NCBI GenBank assembly: GCA_041697335.1
Contig: JBGUGD010000012.1
Span: 1-64,000 of the forward strand
Length of the DNA: 64,000 nt
Direction: 5' to 3'
DNA from: Vampirovibrionaceae bacterium NZW_1234
Lineage (GTDB): Bacteria > Cyanobacteriota > Vampirovibrionia > Vampirovibrionales > JAGQHJ01
Each line of letters opens with the position of its first letter. The first letter of the stretch is position 1. Made by a program: the position numbers and the translations under genes. The notes under the pieces were generated by a model, which was not told the DNA's origin, did no database searches, and was given only the letters and a program-made list of their open reading frames with translations. Below, piece by piece: positions 10,349 through 19,409 of this stretch.

Positions 10349-10675
10349 ATGCTCAAGCAGGTAGGACATATCTCCGGTTTAATTGTGGGCTCCGCACTGT
10401 CGCCCACCTGGGTGCTGCTTAATTTTCTGCTCAAAGATTATTTCAACTTGAAATATGCCATGACCGGTCCTTTTCAAATGCTGGGCGAGTTCAACCGGTT
10501 TATCGCCATTGTGAACGCTCAGCCTCACGAGATTTTGTTTGGCCTTTGTCCAAAGCTGATTTTTGCCTTGTTGGTTGGCAGTCTCTTTGTGATGGGATGC
10601 AGCTATCTTTTTAGCCATGGTTTGTGTTTGCTTGCCGCTCGCTTGAGAGCACCCAAGCCAGTCTCGCAAGTTTAA
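10349..10675 (+). CDS. Small membrane protein of unknown function
   Basis: 108-aa ORF with two hydrophobic stretches; AAGGA upstream. Confidence 0.5.
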   Translation: MLKQVGHISGLIVGSALSPTWVLLNFLLKDYFNLKYAMTGPFQMLGEFNRFIAIVNAQPHEILFGLCPKLIFALLVGSLFVMGCSYLFSHGLCLLAARLRAPKPVSQV

Positions 10676-10775
10676 GCAGGCGTTGATATTGATTTCAAAC
10701 ATTCCCTGAACACACTGTGGTCAGGGCATGTTTACATGAAAAGGGTGCATCAGGCTGTTCTTAAGCAAAGAAAAA

Positions 10776-10857
10776 CGGAAGTGACAGGAGTCGAACCTGC
10801 AACCCCTTGCGGGGCGACCGCTTTCGAGGCGGCTTCCTCACCATTCGGATCACTTCC
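10776..10857 (-). tRNA. tRNA-Ser (anticodon CGA), long variable arm, CCA not encoded
   Basis: Reverse complement GGAAGTGATCCGAATGGTGAGGAAGCCGCCTCGAAAGCGGTCGCCCCGCAAGGGGTTGCAGGTTCGACTCCTGTCACTTCCG: GCCGC/GCGGT anticodon stem, CT-CGA-AA loop, GTTCGA T-loop, G discriminator. Confidence 0.92.
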
Positions 10858-10914
10858 AGAAACGTATTTTTAAGTTAATACCGTTTTCGCTCAAGCGGAA
10901 AACAAACCCAGGGC

Positions 10915-11415
10915 TTAGCCCAGAATGGATTTCACGACGCCATCTTCAATGATGACTTCAGAGCCACGAAGCATTTCGTAAATATTGTCGCCCAATTTGA
11001 CTTCGACAAAGTTTTCCAGGACACCGGTGACTACCATGTCCCCGTTTTGAACCCGGTCGAGGTTGGCGAGATTGGTGGCTACTTGCATTTTGACATTGGC
11101 AAGCTGGTTACGCTTTTCCTGGGCTTCACGGTTGAGTTGCTCAAGGTGCATGCTAACGTTTTGACCCATTTTTGCCATATCTTCAATTTGTTTCAATGTC
11201 GCTTGATATTGATTCTCAAGCTGTTCAAGCTGCGATTCGATGAGCTTCAGTTCATCGGCGAGTTCGCCTTTTGCCTTGGACCGAAAACTCTCAGTAACAA
11301 CACTCTTTACAGTGACTTGACGCTTGAGCTGAATACTGTTGATCTGGGTTTTACCGTTCCCTTTGATCTCATTCTCGCTTTCTGCAACGTTCTTGTCCAT
11401 CATCTTTTCGGCCAT
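10915..11415 (-). CDS. YlqD-family protein
   Basis: LKRQVTVKSVVTE, coiled coil, G..ENFVEVKLGDN...EVIIEDGVV. Confidence 0.8.
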   Translation of the reverse strand: MAEKMMDKNVAESENEIKGNGKTQINSIQLKRQVTVKSVVTESFRSKAKGELADELKLIESQLEQLENQYQATLKQIEDMAKMGQNVSMHLEQLNREAQEKRNQLANVKMQVATNLANLDRVQNGDMVVTGVLENFVEVKLGDNIYEMLRGSEVIIEDGVVKSILG

Positions 11416-11626
11416 GCAATCTTTCCTTTAGTCCGTGGTTTGATAACTAGCAAAATTGTATCACAGCCAAAACCGCCAAACCCGGATTCCCCCATGTTCG
11501 TTATCTCGGAAAGGGGCAAGTTCCTCTGGACAGAGGAGGGACAGCATGTGTAAACCCGTTAAGCTGAAGAGAGAGTGCAGACGACTGTGACCTCCGGGTC
11601 CAAGTGAGAGAGAGTCGAGAATACCG

Positions 11627-12442
11627 ATGGATATTGCAACAATTGCCGGTTTGTTTCTGGGTATTGCCATTTTAATTGTTTCTTTGGTTATGGGTGGGGT
11701 TCCGGTTCAGACTATCTTTCAGCCTGAGGCATTATTGGTTGTGATGGGCGGCACCTTGACGGCCATGTTGGTCAATTTTTCCGGTCGAGAGCTGCTGTCT
11801 GCGATGCGTGCCATGAACCAGGTCTTTTACCTGGAGGATTTGACCCCTCAGGAGGTCATTGACTATATTTCAGATGCTGCCGTTTATATTCGAACCAAGG
11901 GCCTTTTGGCTGTTCAGCCCCTACTCAACGATATTGACATTCCCTTCTTGCAAAAAGGGCTCCAGATGTTGGTGGATAATACGCCACTGGATCATATGCG
12001 TGCTTTGCTCACCACGGAAATGGAGGTCCAGTATACGACAGACAAACAGCATGCCAAGATTTTTGAGACCGCTGGTGGGTTTGCTCCAACCATGGGGATT
12101 ATTGGAGCCATTGTAGGCTTGGTGCAGATTATGAATATGCTTCATTCCCCTGAGCAATTAGGTCACGGGGTCGCCAGTGCTTTTATTGCCACACTGTATG
12201 GGGTGGGTAGTGCAAACCTGTTCTTCCTGCCCGTGGCCGGAAAACTGCAACACCGAGCCAAACATGCCTGGTTACTGCGTTCCATGATTTTGCAGGGCAT
12301 TTTGGCCATCCGCGAAGGCAAGCACCCGACCCTGATTCGAGAGCAGTTGTCGGCCTATCTGTATGCCAACGACGAAACGGCCGGGGTTGATGAGGGTTAC
12401 GAAGGGTATGACACCCAAAGCGATTTGTATGCGGGGGTGTAG
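11627..12442 (+). CDS. motA: Flagellar stator protein MotA
   Basis: MDIATIAG, PEALLVVMGGT, GGFAPTMGIIGAIVGL, AFIATLYGV..ANLFFLP. Confidence 0.95.
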   Translation: MDIATIAGLFLGIAILIVSLVMGGVPVQTIFQPEALLVVMGGTLTAMLVNFSGRELLSAMRAMNQVFYLEDLTPQEVIDYISDAAVYIRTKGLLAVQPLLNDIDIPFLQKGLQMLVDNTPLDHMRALLTTEMEVQYTTDKQHAKIFETAGGFAPTMGIIGAIVGLVQIMNMLHSPEQLGHGVASAFIATLYGVGSANLFFLPVAGKLQHRAKHAWLLRSMILQGILAIREGKHPTLIREQLSAYLYANDETAGVDEGYEGYDTQSDLYAGV

Positions 12443-12445
12443 CTT

Positions 12446-13225
12446 ATGACTGATGCCCATCCGCTTCGGCAGCTTGAGGAACTCGACGATTCACTGGCTC
12501 AACGTTCAGGCTATACGGGGACGGCTCGCTGGATGATTCCCTATGCCGACTTTATGACGTTGCTGATTGGGTTCTTGATTATTCTCTTTGCCATGGTGAG
12601 CGTTGAAAACCAAAAGCTGAAGAGCGAGTTGGCTAAATCACCCCAGGCTTCGTCCCAGGATTTGACGCAAGCTTCTCACGTGTCTGCCCCTACAAAAACC
12701 GTGTCTTCTGACGAAGCTCATCAGCTGGAGGAGCGTCTGGCCAAGGCGTTTGATCTTAAAGGTCAGCAAGTCACGGTGAGCCAAGACGATCGCGGCTTGG
12801 TCATTTCTTTTCAGGAACGCATTTTTTTTGATCCCGGTGCGGCCGAGCTGACACCCAAAGCCCATAGAACGCTGGATTCATTGGCCAAGGTTTTAGGGAC
12901 CCTACATCAACCAATCAGAGTAGAAGGTCACACGGATAACACACCCATCAAGACCGCAATCTTCCCTTCTAACTGGGAACTTTCAACGGCTCGTGCGACT
13001 CGCATTGTGCGTAGCTTGGTGGAGCGTTATCACCTGTCGCCACAACAGTTGTCTGCCGCAGGCTATGGCGAGTTCTCCCCGCTTTCTGATAATTCCACTA
13101 TTGAAGGGAAACAAAAAAACCGAAGAGTGGATATAGTGATATTAAATCCCTTGCCGACTGGCACGACGCGCGCAGATCGGGTGACGGAATCCTCTGTATC
13201 TCCCTCGCGTCCTCTCAAGGAGTAG
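12446..13225 (+). CDS. motB: Flagellar stator protein MotB
   Basis: WMIPYADFMTLL (conserved Asp); OmpA-like VEGHTDN, NWELSTARA, NRRVDI. Confidence 0.95.
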   Translation: MTDAHPLRQLEELDDSLAQRSGYTGTARWMIPYADFMTLLIGFLIILFAMVSVENQKLKSELAKSPQASSQDLTQASHVSAPTKTVSSDEAHQLEERLAKAFDLKGQQVTVSQDDRGLVISFQERIFFDPGAAELTPKAHRTLDSLAKVLGTLHQPIRVEGHTDNTPIKTAIFPSNWELSTARATRIVRSLVERYHLSPQQLSAAGYGEFSPLSDNSTIEGKQKNRRVDIVILNPLPTGTTRADRVTESSVSPSRPLKE

Positions 13226-13231
13226 ACCTGT

Positions 13232-13879
13232 ATGGCACGCCCTACGCAACCGAAAGAAGCAAAGCCCAAAGCTTTAGAAGCTGTGGAAGATGGAATACCG
13301 GTGTCTTCAAAAGAGCCGAATCCAATGATGAATATTATCATTACTGTGGTCGTGATTGTTCTGTCCACTACCTTGTCTTCGGCCGCATCCATGTATTTTC
13401 TGGCCCCCATCATCATGAAACCGATGCTCAGTAGCTTGGCGCCCAAGGGCGAAGGCGAAGAAGGGGGCGAGGGTGAAGGCGAAGAAGGGGGTGAAAAGGG
13501 AGAGGCAGGAGCCATGCCCACTGTTGGTCCTGTGTTGGCCCTGGATGAATTTACGGTGAACCTGAAAGATGCGGATCGTGAGCGTTATCTTCGGGCCTCG
13601 ATTTCGCTGACGGTGACGGCCAACGATCCGAAGTTCGGAAAACTGGCTGGGGAAGAGGCGAAAAAATGGGAAGAAGAGTTTCACATTGAAATGGGGCCCT
13701 ATGTGCCTGCGGTCCGGGATTTAATTATTTCCGCCTTAACGAAACGCACCGCTGCCGAGTTGTCAACGGCTGTAGGGAAAGAAGAAGTAAAAGACGAAGT
13801 GAAAAAAGGGGTTGATGCCCTGTTTCATGGTGAGCGGAAGGTCATACGGGTTAATCTGGAGAACTTTATCATTCAATAA
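13232..13879 (+). CDS. fliL: Flagellar basal-body protein FliL
   Basis: N-terminal TM, G/E-rich linker, FTVNL...RYLR...VRD.II..L...GKEE.K...FIIQ; lies between motB and fliM. Confidence 0.9.
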   Translation: MARPTQPKEAKPKALEAVEDGIPVSSKEPNPMMNIIITVVVIVLSTTLSSAASMYFLAPIIMKPMLSSLAPKGEGEEGGEGEGEEGGEKGEAGAMPTVGPVLALDEFTVNLKDADRERYLRASISLTVTANDPKFGKLAGEEAKKWEEEFHIEMGPYVPAVRDLIISALTKRTAAELSTAVGKEEVKDEVKKGVDALFHGERKVIRVNLENFIIQ

Positions 13880-13950
13880 CAGGTCGTATTGGTCGATACT
13901 TTGTTGTTCGTTTGTGTGAAGCGTGAGTCGAGAGAATCAGAGGAGCATCC

Positions 13951-15021
13951 ATGTCGTCAGAAGCCTTATCCCAAGACGAGATTAATAATCTCCTAGCGGC
14001 GCTGGGCTCAACTGGCGGTGGCGCAACGGCGGCAGCTGAAGAGGCACCCTCGGTTTCGGCAGCCGTGCCTGGTTTTGACGAGTTCGGCGGGGGCACCTCG
14101 GATAAGAAAAACTATAAGCTGTATAACTTCAGGCGCCCGGACAAATTTTCCAAGGATCATCTTCGTGCGCTGCAGACCATTCACGAAGGTTTTGCCCGAC
14201 AATTGGGGCTGCTGCTGACTGCCTACCTGCGGATGAATGTGGAAGTTGAAGTGGTTTCTGTTGATCAGCTAACCTACGATGAATTTATCCGTTCTATGCC
14301 CAGCATCATCATGGTCAGTATTCTTGAAATGACTCCCTTGAGCGGTCAAAGCCTGCTTGGCATTAGCCACGAAATTACGTCCAGTATGATTGATCGGATG
14401 CTGGGTGGGCCTGGTAATGCTGAGGCCAAGCCTCGTGCACTGACAGATATCGAGCAGTCCCTGATGCGGCGGATTATTGATACTGCTTTGGATGCTCTGG
14501 AAGAATCCTGGAACTCTTTTTCGACGGTGTCGATGGGGGTAATTGGGACCGAGGACAGCTATAACCTGATTCAAGTTGCCTCTCCCGGAGAAATTGTGGC
14601 TTTAATTACCTTTGAAGTGACATTGGGCAATCGCGATACGGGCCTGATGAGTTTGTGCATTCCGTTTCCGGTTTTGGAAACGGTGATGGGCCAACTGAGC
14701 GCTCAGCGGATTTTTCACCGCCAAAGTGAAAACGTTCCGGTTGAAGAGCGTGACAAAATTCTGTCGCGTTTACACTATGCCAAAATGCCGGTTCAGGTCT
14801 TTTTGGCGGGTACCCAGTTGACCGTGGGCGAGCTTCTGGAGCTGGCTGTGGGCGATGTCATCAAGCTCGATAGGTTTGCAACCCAAGATGTGTTGGTAAA
14901 TGTCAATCATCGTCCCAAGTTTTATGGCCGGCCTGGTCAGGTTCGCGATAAGTTGGCCATTTATATTTCAGAGGCAATTGATGATGAAGAAAAATTGGAA
15001 GGTTTTGGAATCAATGCATAA
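13951..15021 (+). CDS. fliM: Flagellar switch protein FliM
   Basis: LSQDEINNLL, YNFRRPDKFSKDHLR, VDQLTYDEF, C-terminal SpoA domain. Confidence 0.95.
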   Translation: MSSEALSQDEINNLLAALGSTGGGATAAAEEAPSVSAAVPGFDEFGGGTSDKKNYKLYNFRRPDKFSKDHLRALQTIHEGFARQLGLLLTAYLRMNVEVEVVSVDQLTYDEFIRSMPSIIMVSILEMTPLSGQSLLGISHEITSSMIDRMLGGPGNAEAKPRALTDIEQSLMRRIIDTALDALEESWNSFSTVSMGVIGTEDSYNLIQVASPGEIVALITFEVTLGNRDTGLMSLCIPFPVLETVMGQLSAQRIFHRQSENVPVEERDKILSRLHYAKMPVQVFLAGTQLTVGELLELAVGDVIKLDRFATQDVLVNVNHRPKFYGRPGQVRDKLAIYISEAIDDEEKLEGFGINA

Positions 15022-15036
15022 TCAGGAGATGACGAA

Positions 15037-16113
15037 ATGAGTGGCGCGGCCTCTTTAACGCCCGATGAACGCCAGATTACGATGGAGTTGGCCAACCTGA
15101 CGGGGGGGCCAGCGGCATCGACTTTGGCCATGTTAATCGATCAAACCATCGATTTTGGCCAACCCCAGTTGGAAGAATGGGCGAATGTGGCCGAATTGTC
15201 GGCATCTCCCTTAGTGGCCAATACGGTTGTCGCCTGTGTCAGCTACTCGGGTGGATTTAATTTCCCGGTGGTTTTCGCATTGGACGCCACAGTATGCCAG
15301 AATATGGCCAACATCATGATGGGAGGCTCCTCATCTGAAGGCGCTGAAGGGATTTCAGACATTGAAATGGGTGCCATTGGTGAGGTTATCAGTCAGATGA
15401 TGGCTGTTATTGCCAATAATATGAGCCAGTTCTTGGGAATTTCGGTTGATATCTCACCACCCGACGTCCAGTTATTCAGTCCGGAGGTTATGGCGCAATA
15501 TATGCCCGAAGGCGGTGAGGTGCCTTTGGCTTCGGTTGCCTATCCCATCACCAATTGCCCAACCTTGGGCGATTGTACTCTGACTCAGATTATGCCGGTA
15601 GAAGGGCTTCGTCAGCAGGTTCATGCTGCCCGTATGGCTGCTCCTGCCGCCGATGAGGCTTCTCTTGTTGGTGTCGGCTCTGGAAAAAAAGACGACTTCC
15701 CGGGCTTTGAATATAGCGGGGTCCAAAATTCCGACTATGAATTTCAGGAAGGGGGCGGAACCATTCATGTAAACCGTGCTGGGTCTGATCCGGTGACGGT
15801 GCAGCCCGTAAAATTCCCTTCCTTTGACGCTCATACCTCCAGCTACGGTGCGATGAACACCAACCTGGAGCTGGTGATGGATGTGTGCCTAAACCTAACG
15901 GTGGAATTGGGACGCACCGAGCTATCCATTAAAGAAGTGCTGGAGCTGACCCGTGGATCTGTCATTGAGCTCAATCGTGTGGCTGGGGAGTCGGTTGACT
16001 TGTATGCCAATGGCAAAATGATTGCCAAAGGCGAAGTGGTCGTTATCGAGGACAATTTCGGCCTTCGGATCACCAGTATTGTTTCCCCGGCCGATCGCTT
16101 GCGAGGCCTCTAA
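15037..16113 (+). CDS. fliY: Flagellar switch protein FliY/FliN (CheC-like plus SpoA domain)
   Basis: CheC-like N-terminus (ELAN..G); C-terminal TVELGRT..IKEVLEL..GSVIEL...KGEVVVIEDNFGLRIT. Confidence 0.85.
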   Translation: MSGAASLTPDERQITMELANLTGGPAASTLAMLIDQTIDFGQPQLEEWANVAELSASPLVANTVVACVSYSGGFNFPVVFALDATVCQNMANIMMGGSSSEGAEGISDIEMGAIGEVISQMMAVIANNMSQFLGISVDISPPDVQLFSPEVMAQYMPEGGEVPLASVAYPITNCPTLGDCTLTQIMPVEGLRQQVHAARMAAPAADEASLVGVGSGKKDDFPGFEYSGVQNSDYEFQEGGGTIHVNRAGSDPVTVQPVKFPSFDAHTSSYGAMNTNLELVMDVCLNLTVELGRTELSIKEVLELTRGSVIELNRVAGESVDLYANGKMIAKGEVVVIEDNFGLRITSIVSPADRLRGL

Positions 16114-16410
16114 CGTTATTCACAGCATGTTTTGAGCAAGCACACTTCCTGTATCGTGGTGCTAGCTCCGCTTTTTGGGCCTGCGGTGGATTTGGGGTAT
16201 CCGGCCAACTGTAATGATTTCGTTACATGTCATAATTCTGCCTTAAATTAATTAGACAATGATTTGGCGTGATCCAAAGGGGATTATGCCTGAATGTTCT
16301 TGGATACAGTCGCTTACATGGGTAAGGGCGTGTGCTTGACATGACTGTTATTTCATATTTAAGTAGCGTTTATTAGGATTGTTTTTATCTAGTTTGGGGA
16401 GAAATAGGCG

Positions 16411-17754
16411 ATGGTCGATTTGCTGCGACGCGTGGCGTCGGGGATGCCGCTGCATGGCGTTTCTGGGAAACGAATCCAAAAGAATACCGGCTTTACTGCA
16501 TCGGGGTTATCTCTGAAACCCTTGGGTCAGGATTCAGTCCGATTCTCTGGGAGCCCGAAACAGGATGCCCAGCTGTTAAAGAAATACGGCATTTCTGTGG
16601 ATGCTGTTCAGACCCAACTACCGGAGGGGGTGAGCCTGTCAAAAGCCGCCAAGCGTCGTCTCATTGTTCAAGCTTTGGAAACATACGAGCATGCGGCTAA
16701 AAAGCGTTTGCTCAATGAACAACTGATCAAAATCAAGCCGGATACCAACCATGTGTCCGGGCGGAACTTTTCTTCGACGGTCGTTTTAGAGAATGGAATC
16801 ACCGCAACCGCCGTCAATTCTGAATTCAGTCGGGATGATATCCTTTGTGGCGAGCGCTCTGGAATTGTTTCTGCCTTGAACCAGGCTATCCATAAAGTGT
16901 CTTTAGAAGCATTGAAGTCCGATCCCCAGGCGTTAGAGACGTTACGTCAGGGGATGAAGGTCAAGCATTTGGTTATGTCTGGCGCGCATCGGCATAAGGG
17001 AGAAAACAGCGCAGATGAATCCAAAGACAGCTTGTCGAGTCCGCCTCCCTGCTCGGATTGCCAGGCCTGGATGAACACCAGTGAATATTTCTCACCGGAC
17101 ACCCAGATAGTTACCCTGGATCGCGCCCTGGGACCTACACCCATCCTACAGATGATGCCCTTGAAAAAAATGCTGCCGTTTTGGAATGATTCTGTCGTCA
17201 GTCGACTTAAACCAACTATAGACACCCAAGAACCTTCCGTTGATGCCATGCCGGTTCAGTTTTCGCCACGGGCTTCGGCCATTCAAGGTCTGGGTATTGA
17301 TGAGGTGCGTGTTAAGGCCCTGGTTAAAAAGGCGAAAGAGGCCTATCAAGCAAACTCACTGGCAGAAGTGTCTCGTAAAAATGCAGCTGTCGCCGCATTG
17401 TTAATGCCTATGAATGAGATTGTTACGGCCACTCGATTTGATATCACGGCGCGTTGGTACAATGACCCTGCTAAAACGGTTTTAGAAAAAGGATTTCGAG
17501 AGATGCAGGAGCGAGGTTTTACGACGAACCCTGAAAAAGGAGCGCAGGCGGTTGCCTTTGCCTTCTATAGTGATTATCCACAACCAACAGTCAATACCTT
17601 GGGGTATCTGGCCCAGCTGGAGCGGGGAAATGGCGCGGATAAGACTCTGATTATCCGTATTGAAGACAATGCGATTCAGGTTAGGACCATCCGAGATATG
17701 ATGCCCGAGGTCTATATGTCGGCTCGGGTGCCTCGCGAAGGTGGGAAATCCTAG
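16411..17754 (+). CDS. Cytidine-deaminase-like protein with two CDA-fold units and a VRFSG leader
   Basis: NSE...CGERSGI (C-x-E) and PPCSDC (PCxxC) zinc motifs; second unit lacks them. Confidence 0.7.
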   Translation: MVDLLRRVASGMPLHGVSGKRIQKNTGFTASGLSLKPLGQDSVRFSGSPKQDAQLLKKYGISVDAVQTQLPEGVSLSKAAKRRLIVQALETYEHAAKKRLLNEQLIKIKPDTNHVSGRNFSSTVVLENGITATAVNSEFSRDDILCGERSGIVSALNQAIHKVSLEALKSDPQALETLRQGMKVKHLVMSGAHRHKGENSADESKDSLSSPPPCSDCQAWMNTSEYFSPDTQIVTLDRALGPTPILQMMPLKKMLPFWNDSVVSRLKPTIDTQEPSVDAMPVQFSPRASAIQGLGIDEVRVKALVKKAKEAYQANSLAEVSRKNAAVAALLMPMNEIVTATRFDITARWYNDPAKTVLEKGFREMQERGFTTNPEKGAQAVAFAFYSDYPQPTVNTLGYLAQLERGNGADKTLIIRIEDNAIQVRTIRDMMPEVYMSARVPREGGKS

Positions 17755-17795
17755 CAACCTGACTTTTGGACGTCGCTTTTGAATCTGATTTCAGC

Positions 17796-18080
17796 TTAAT
17801 GCGTATTGGAGGTAGCCCAAACGTTTCGTAAAAGGCTTTTTTCGGCTTCAGACAGATCTGCTCTTGGGGCCATTCGTTCCACATAATCTGCCCAAACCGG
17901 CTTTGTATAGCTCTTGGGCTTGGGTGTGGCATGGCAGGTGCTGCATCGGCTTTGCAGAAGCTGCATTGCTTTTAAGGAGGGTTCCTTAGTTGATGCGGGG
18001 TCTTCTGCACAAGCAGGCCAGGGGCCTCCTATCCAGAGAAGGGAAAAGACAAGAGAAAGAGCAAATAATTGGGGTTTCAT
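17796..18080 (-). CDS. Small exported monoheme c-type cytochrome (94 aa)
   Basis: Signal peptide MKPQLFALSLVFSLLW...ACA, CSTCH heme motif, W..YVERM distal Met; nested in the 233-aa ORF-track frame. Confidence 0.8.
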   Translation of the reverse strand: MKPQLFALSLVFSLLWIGGPWPACAEDPASTKEPSLKAMQLLQSRCSTCHATPKPKSYTKPVWADYVERMAPRADLSEAEKSLLRNVWATSNTH

Positions 18081-18242
18081 GGACGGGTTATCCTGAACGC
18101 GATGTTGGCTGAATACAAGATAACTATAGCAGGACCATTGGCATCGTAGAGCAGGATTTGCAACGAGATCCTGTTGACGCAGTTTTTGCCGTATACTGAA
18201 TGACAAGCCCCGTTTTAGGCAATCAGGAGGCCTGTTTTCACA

Positions 18243-19202
18243 ATGGACCCCATTCGTCCTATCTCCGAATTTGAAGAGCATCTTCATGCGGCGGCCCAGA
18301 TTACGGTCAGTCAGCCCGAGAAATCTACGGGTCCTTCGGGTGTTTCGGGCCCTCCCGGCTTTACTGGGCCAATTGACGTTCGGCGTTTGCAAACCGATCA
18401 GCCTTATCTCATCTCTGCTTTGGATTACATGTTGTATCGGGCTCGCACGGAGTACTTTCAATTTCGCTATGCCAATGCGCAACCAATGTATGAACAATAT
18501 TTTCGCTTCCTGCGTTATTACCGGGGAGGTGTGTATTCTCCAATCGCTCGAGAATATTACCCCTCGGTTTATCAGTATATGATTACCAAGAATGTGGTTG
18601 AACGACGCTCAGAAGCCGAAAAGTTTTTTAATGCTCAGCTTCTGGAGCATCTGAAACCGGCTTTGGAGAAGAAAGAACCTGTATTTCGTCCTGTATTGGA
18701 GCGAATACAGCAGTTACAGCAACAGCAATTGTTCCCTGTCATTCCCGAGTCCCCGGTGGCGGTAAAGCCTGAAGTCCTGGTGAGTTTGGCAGAGGAGTTT
18801 ACTCACATCCAACAGCCTCAGGTCGCATTATATTTGTTGGGTATGGCAGAAGTTCGCCATATGTTTGAGGTTTCCCAGATTCATCGCCAAGCGTTGAACC
18901 TTCAACCGGGGACCAAAAACTTGCCCCGACTGACCGAGCTTTATCGACCTAAGTTTTATGAGCACTATGGACTGCCCTATCTGGCAGGGCACATCGCAGA
19001 GCCGCCTCCTTTGCATCAATTTGCTTCCAAGTCTGTTGAGCTTCCTTATGAGGTTGAATCGGTGCATATGGTTGCGCCCATTCCGGAGGACCCTACGCGT
19101 CGGCAGGGACGCTCTCCTCGGCAAAAGCGGCAACAGCAGAATCAATCTCGTAAAGGCCGCTCTGCTCGCAAAGGCCGGGTAAGTCCCCACATTACGATTT
19201 AG
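18243..19202 (+). CDS. Hypothetical protein with basic/Gln-rich C-terminus
   Basis: 319-aa ORF, AGGAGG RBS upstream. Confidence 0.7.
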   Translation: MDPIRPISEFEEHLHAAAQITVSQPEKSTGPSGVSGPPGFTGPIDVRRLQTDQPYLISALDYMLYRARTEYFQFRYANAQPMYEQYFRFLRYYRGGVYSPIAREYYPSVYQYMITKNVVERRSEAEKFFNAQLLEHLKPALEKKEPVFRPVLERIQQLQQQQLFPVIPESPVAVKPEVLVSLAEEFTHIQQPQVALYLLGMAEVRHMFEVSQIHRQALNLQPGTKNLPRLTELYRPKFYEHYGLPYLAGHIAEPPPLHQFASKSVELPYEVESVHMVAPIPEDPTRRQGRSPRQKRQQQNQSRKGRSARKGRVSPHITI

Positions 19203-19340
19203 TTGGTTTCCTCGATAATAAACATCCCCTAAGCGACTCTTGGCAAGGTGGTTTCATAACGTTACGCCATTGGCCAATTCTCAGGTGCTTGGGTTTTTTT
19301 GCATAATGAAGCCACTCCAACTCTTCTAATGTTAGTTGCC

Positions 19341-19370
19341 TGGCCTCACATTTCTGTCGAGGCCATTTTT
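19341..19370 (+). terminator. Probable intrinsic terminator between convergent genes
   Basis: TGGCCTC-loop-GAGGCCA-TTTTT. Confidence 0.55.
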
Positions 19371-19409
19371 ATTTCCTGAGGGGTCTCGGCAGAGCAGAAG
19401 ATTTGAAGG

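Noticed and set aside
12530..12600. Predicting H+ versus Na+ stator from the MotB TM helix
   Set aside because: The diagnostic position is Ile, matching neither Val nor Leu.
13445..13510. Tandem GGCGAAGGCGAAGAAGGG-like repeats
   Set aside because: They encode the Gly/Glu linker of FliL.
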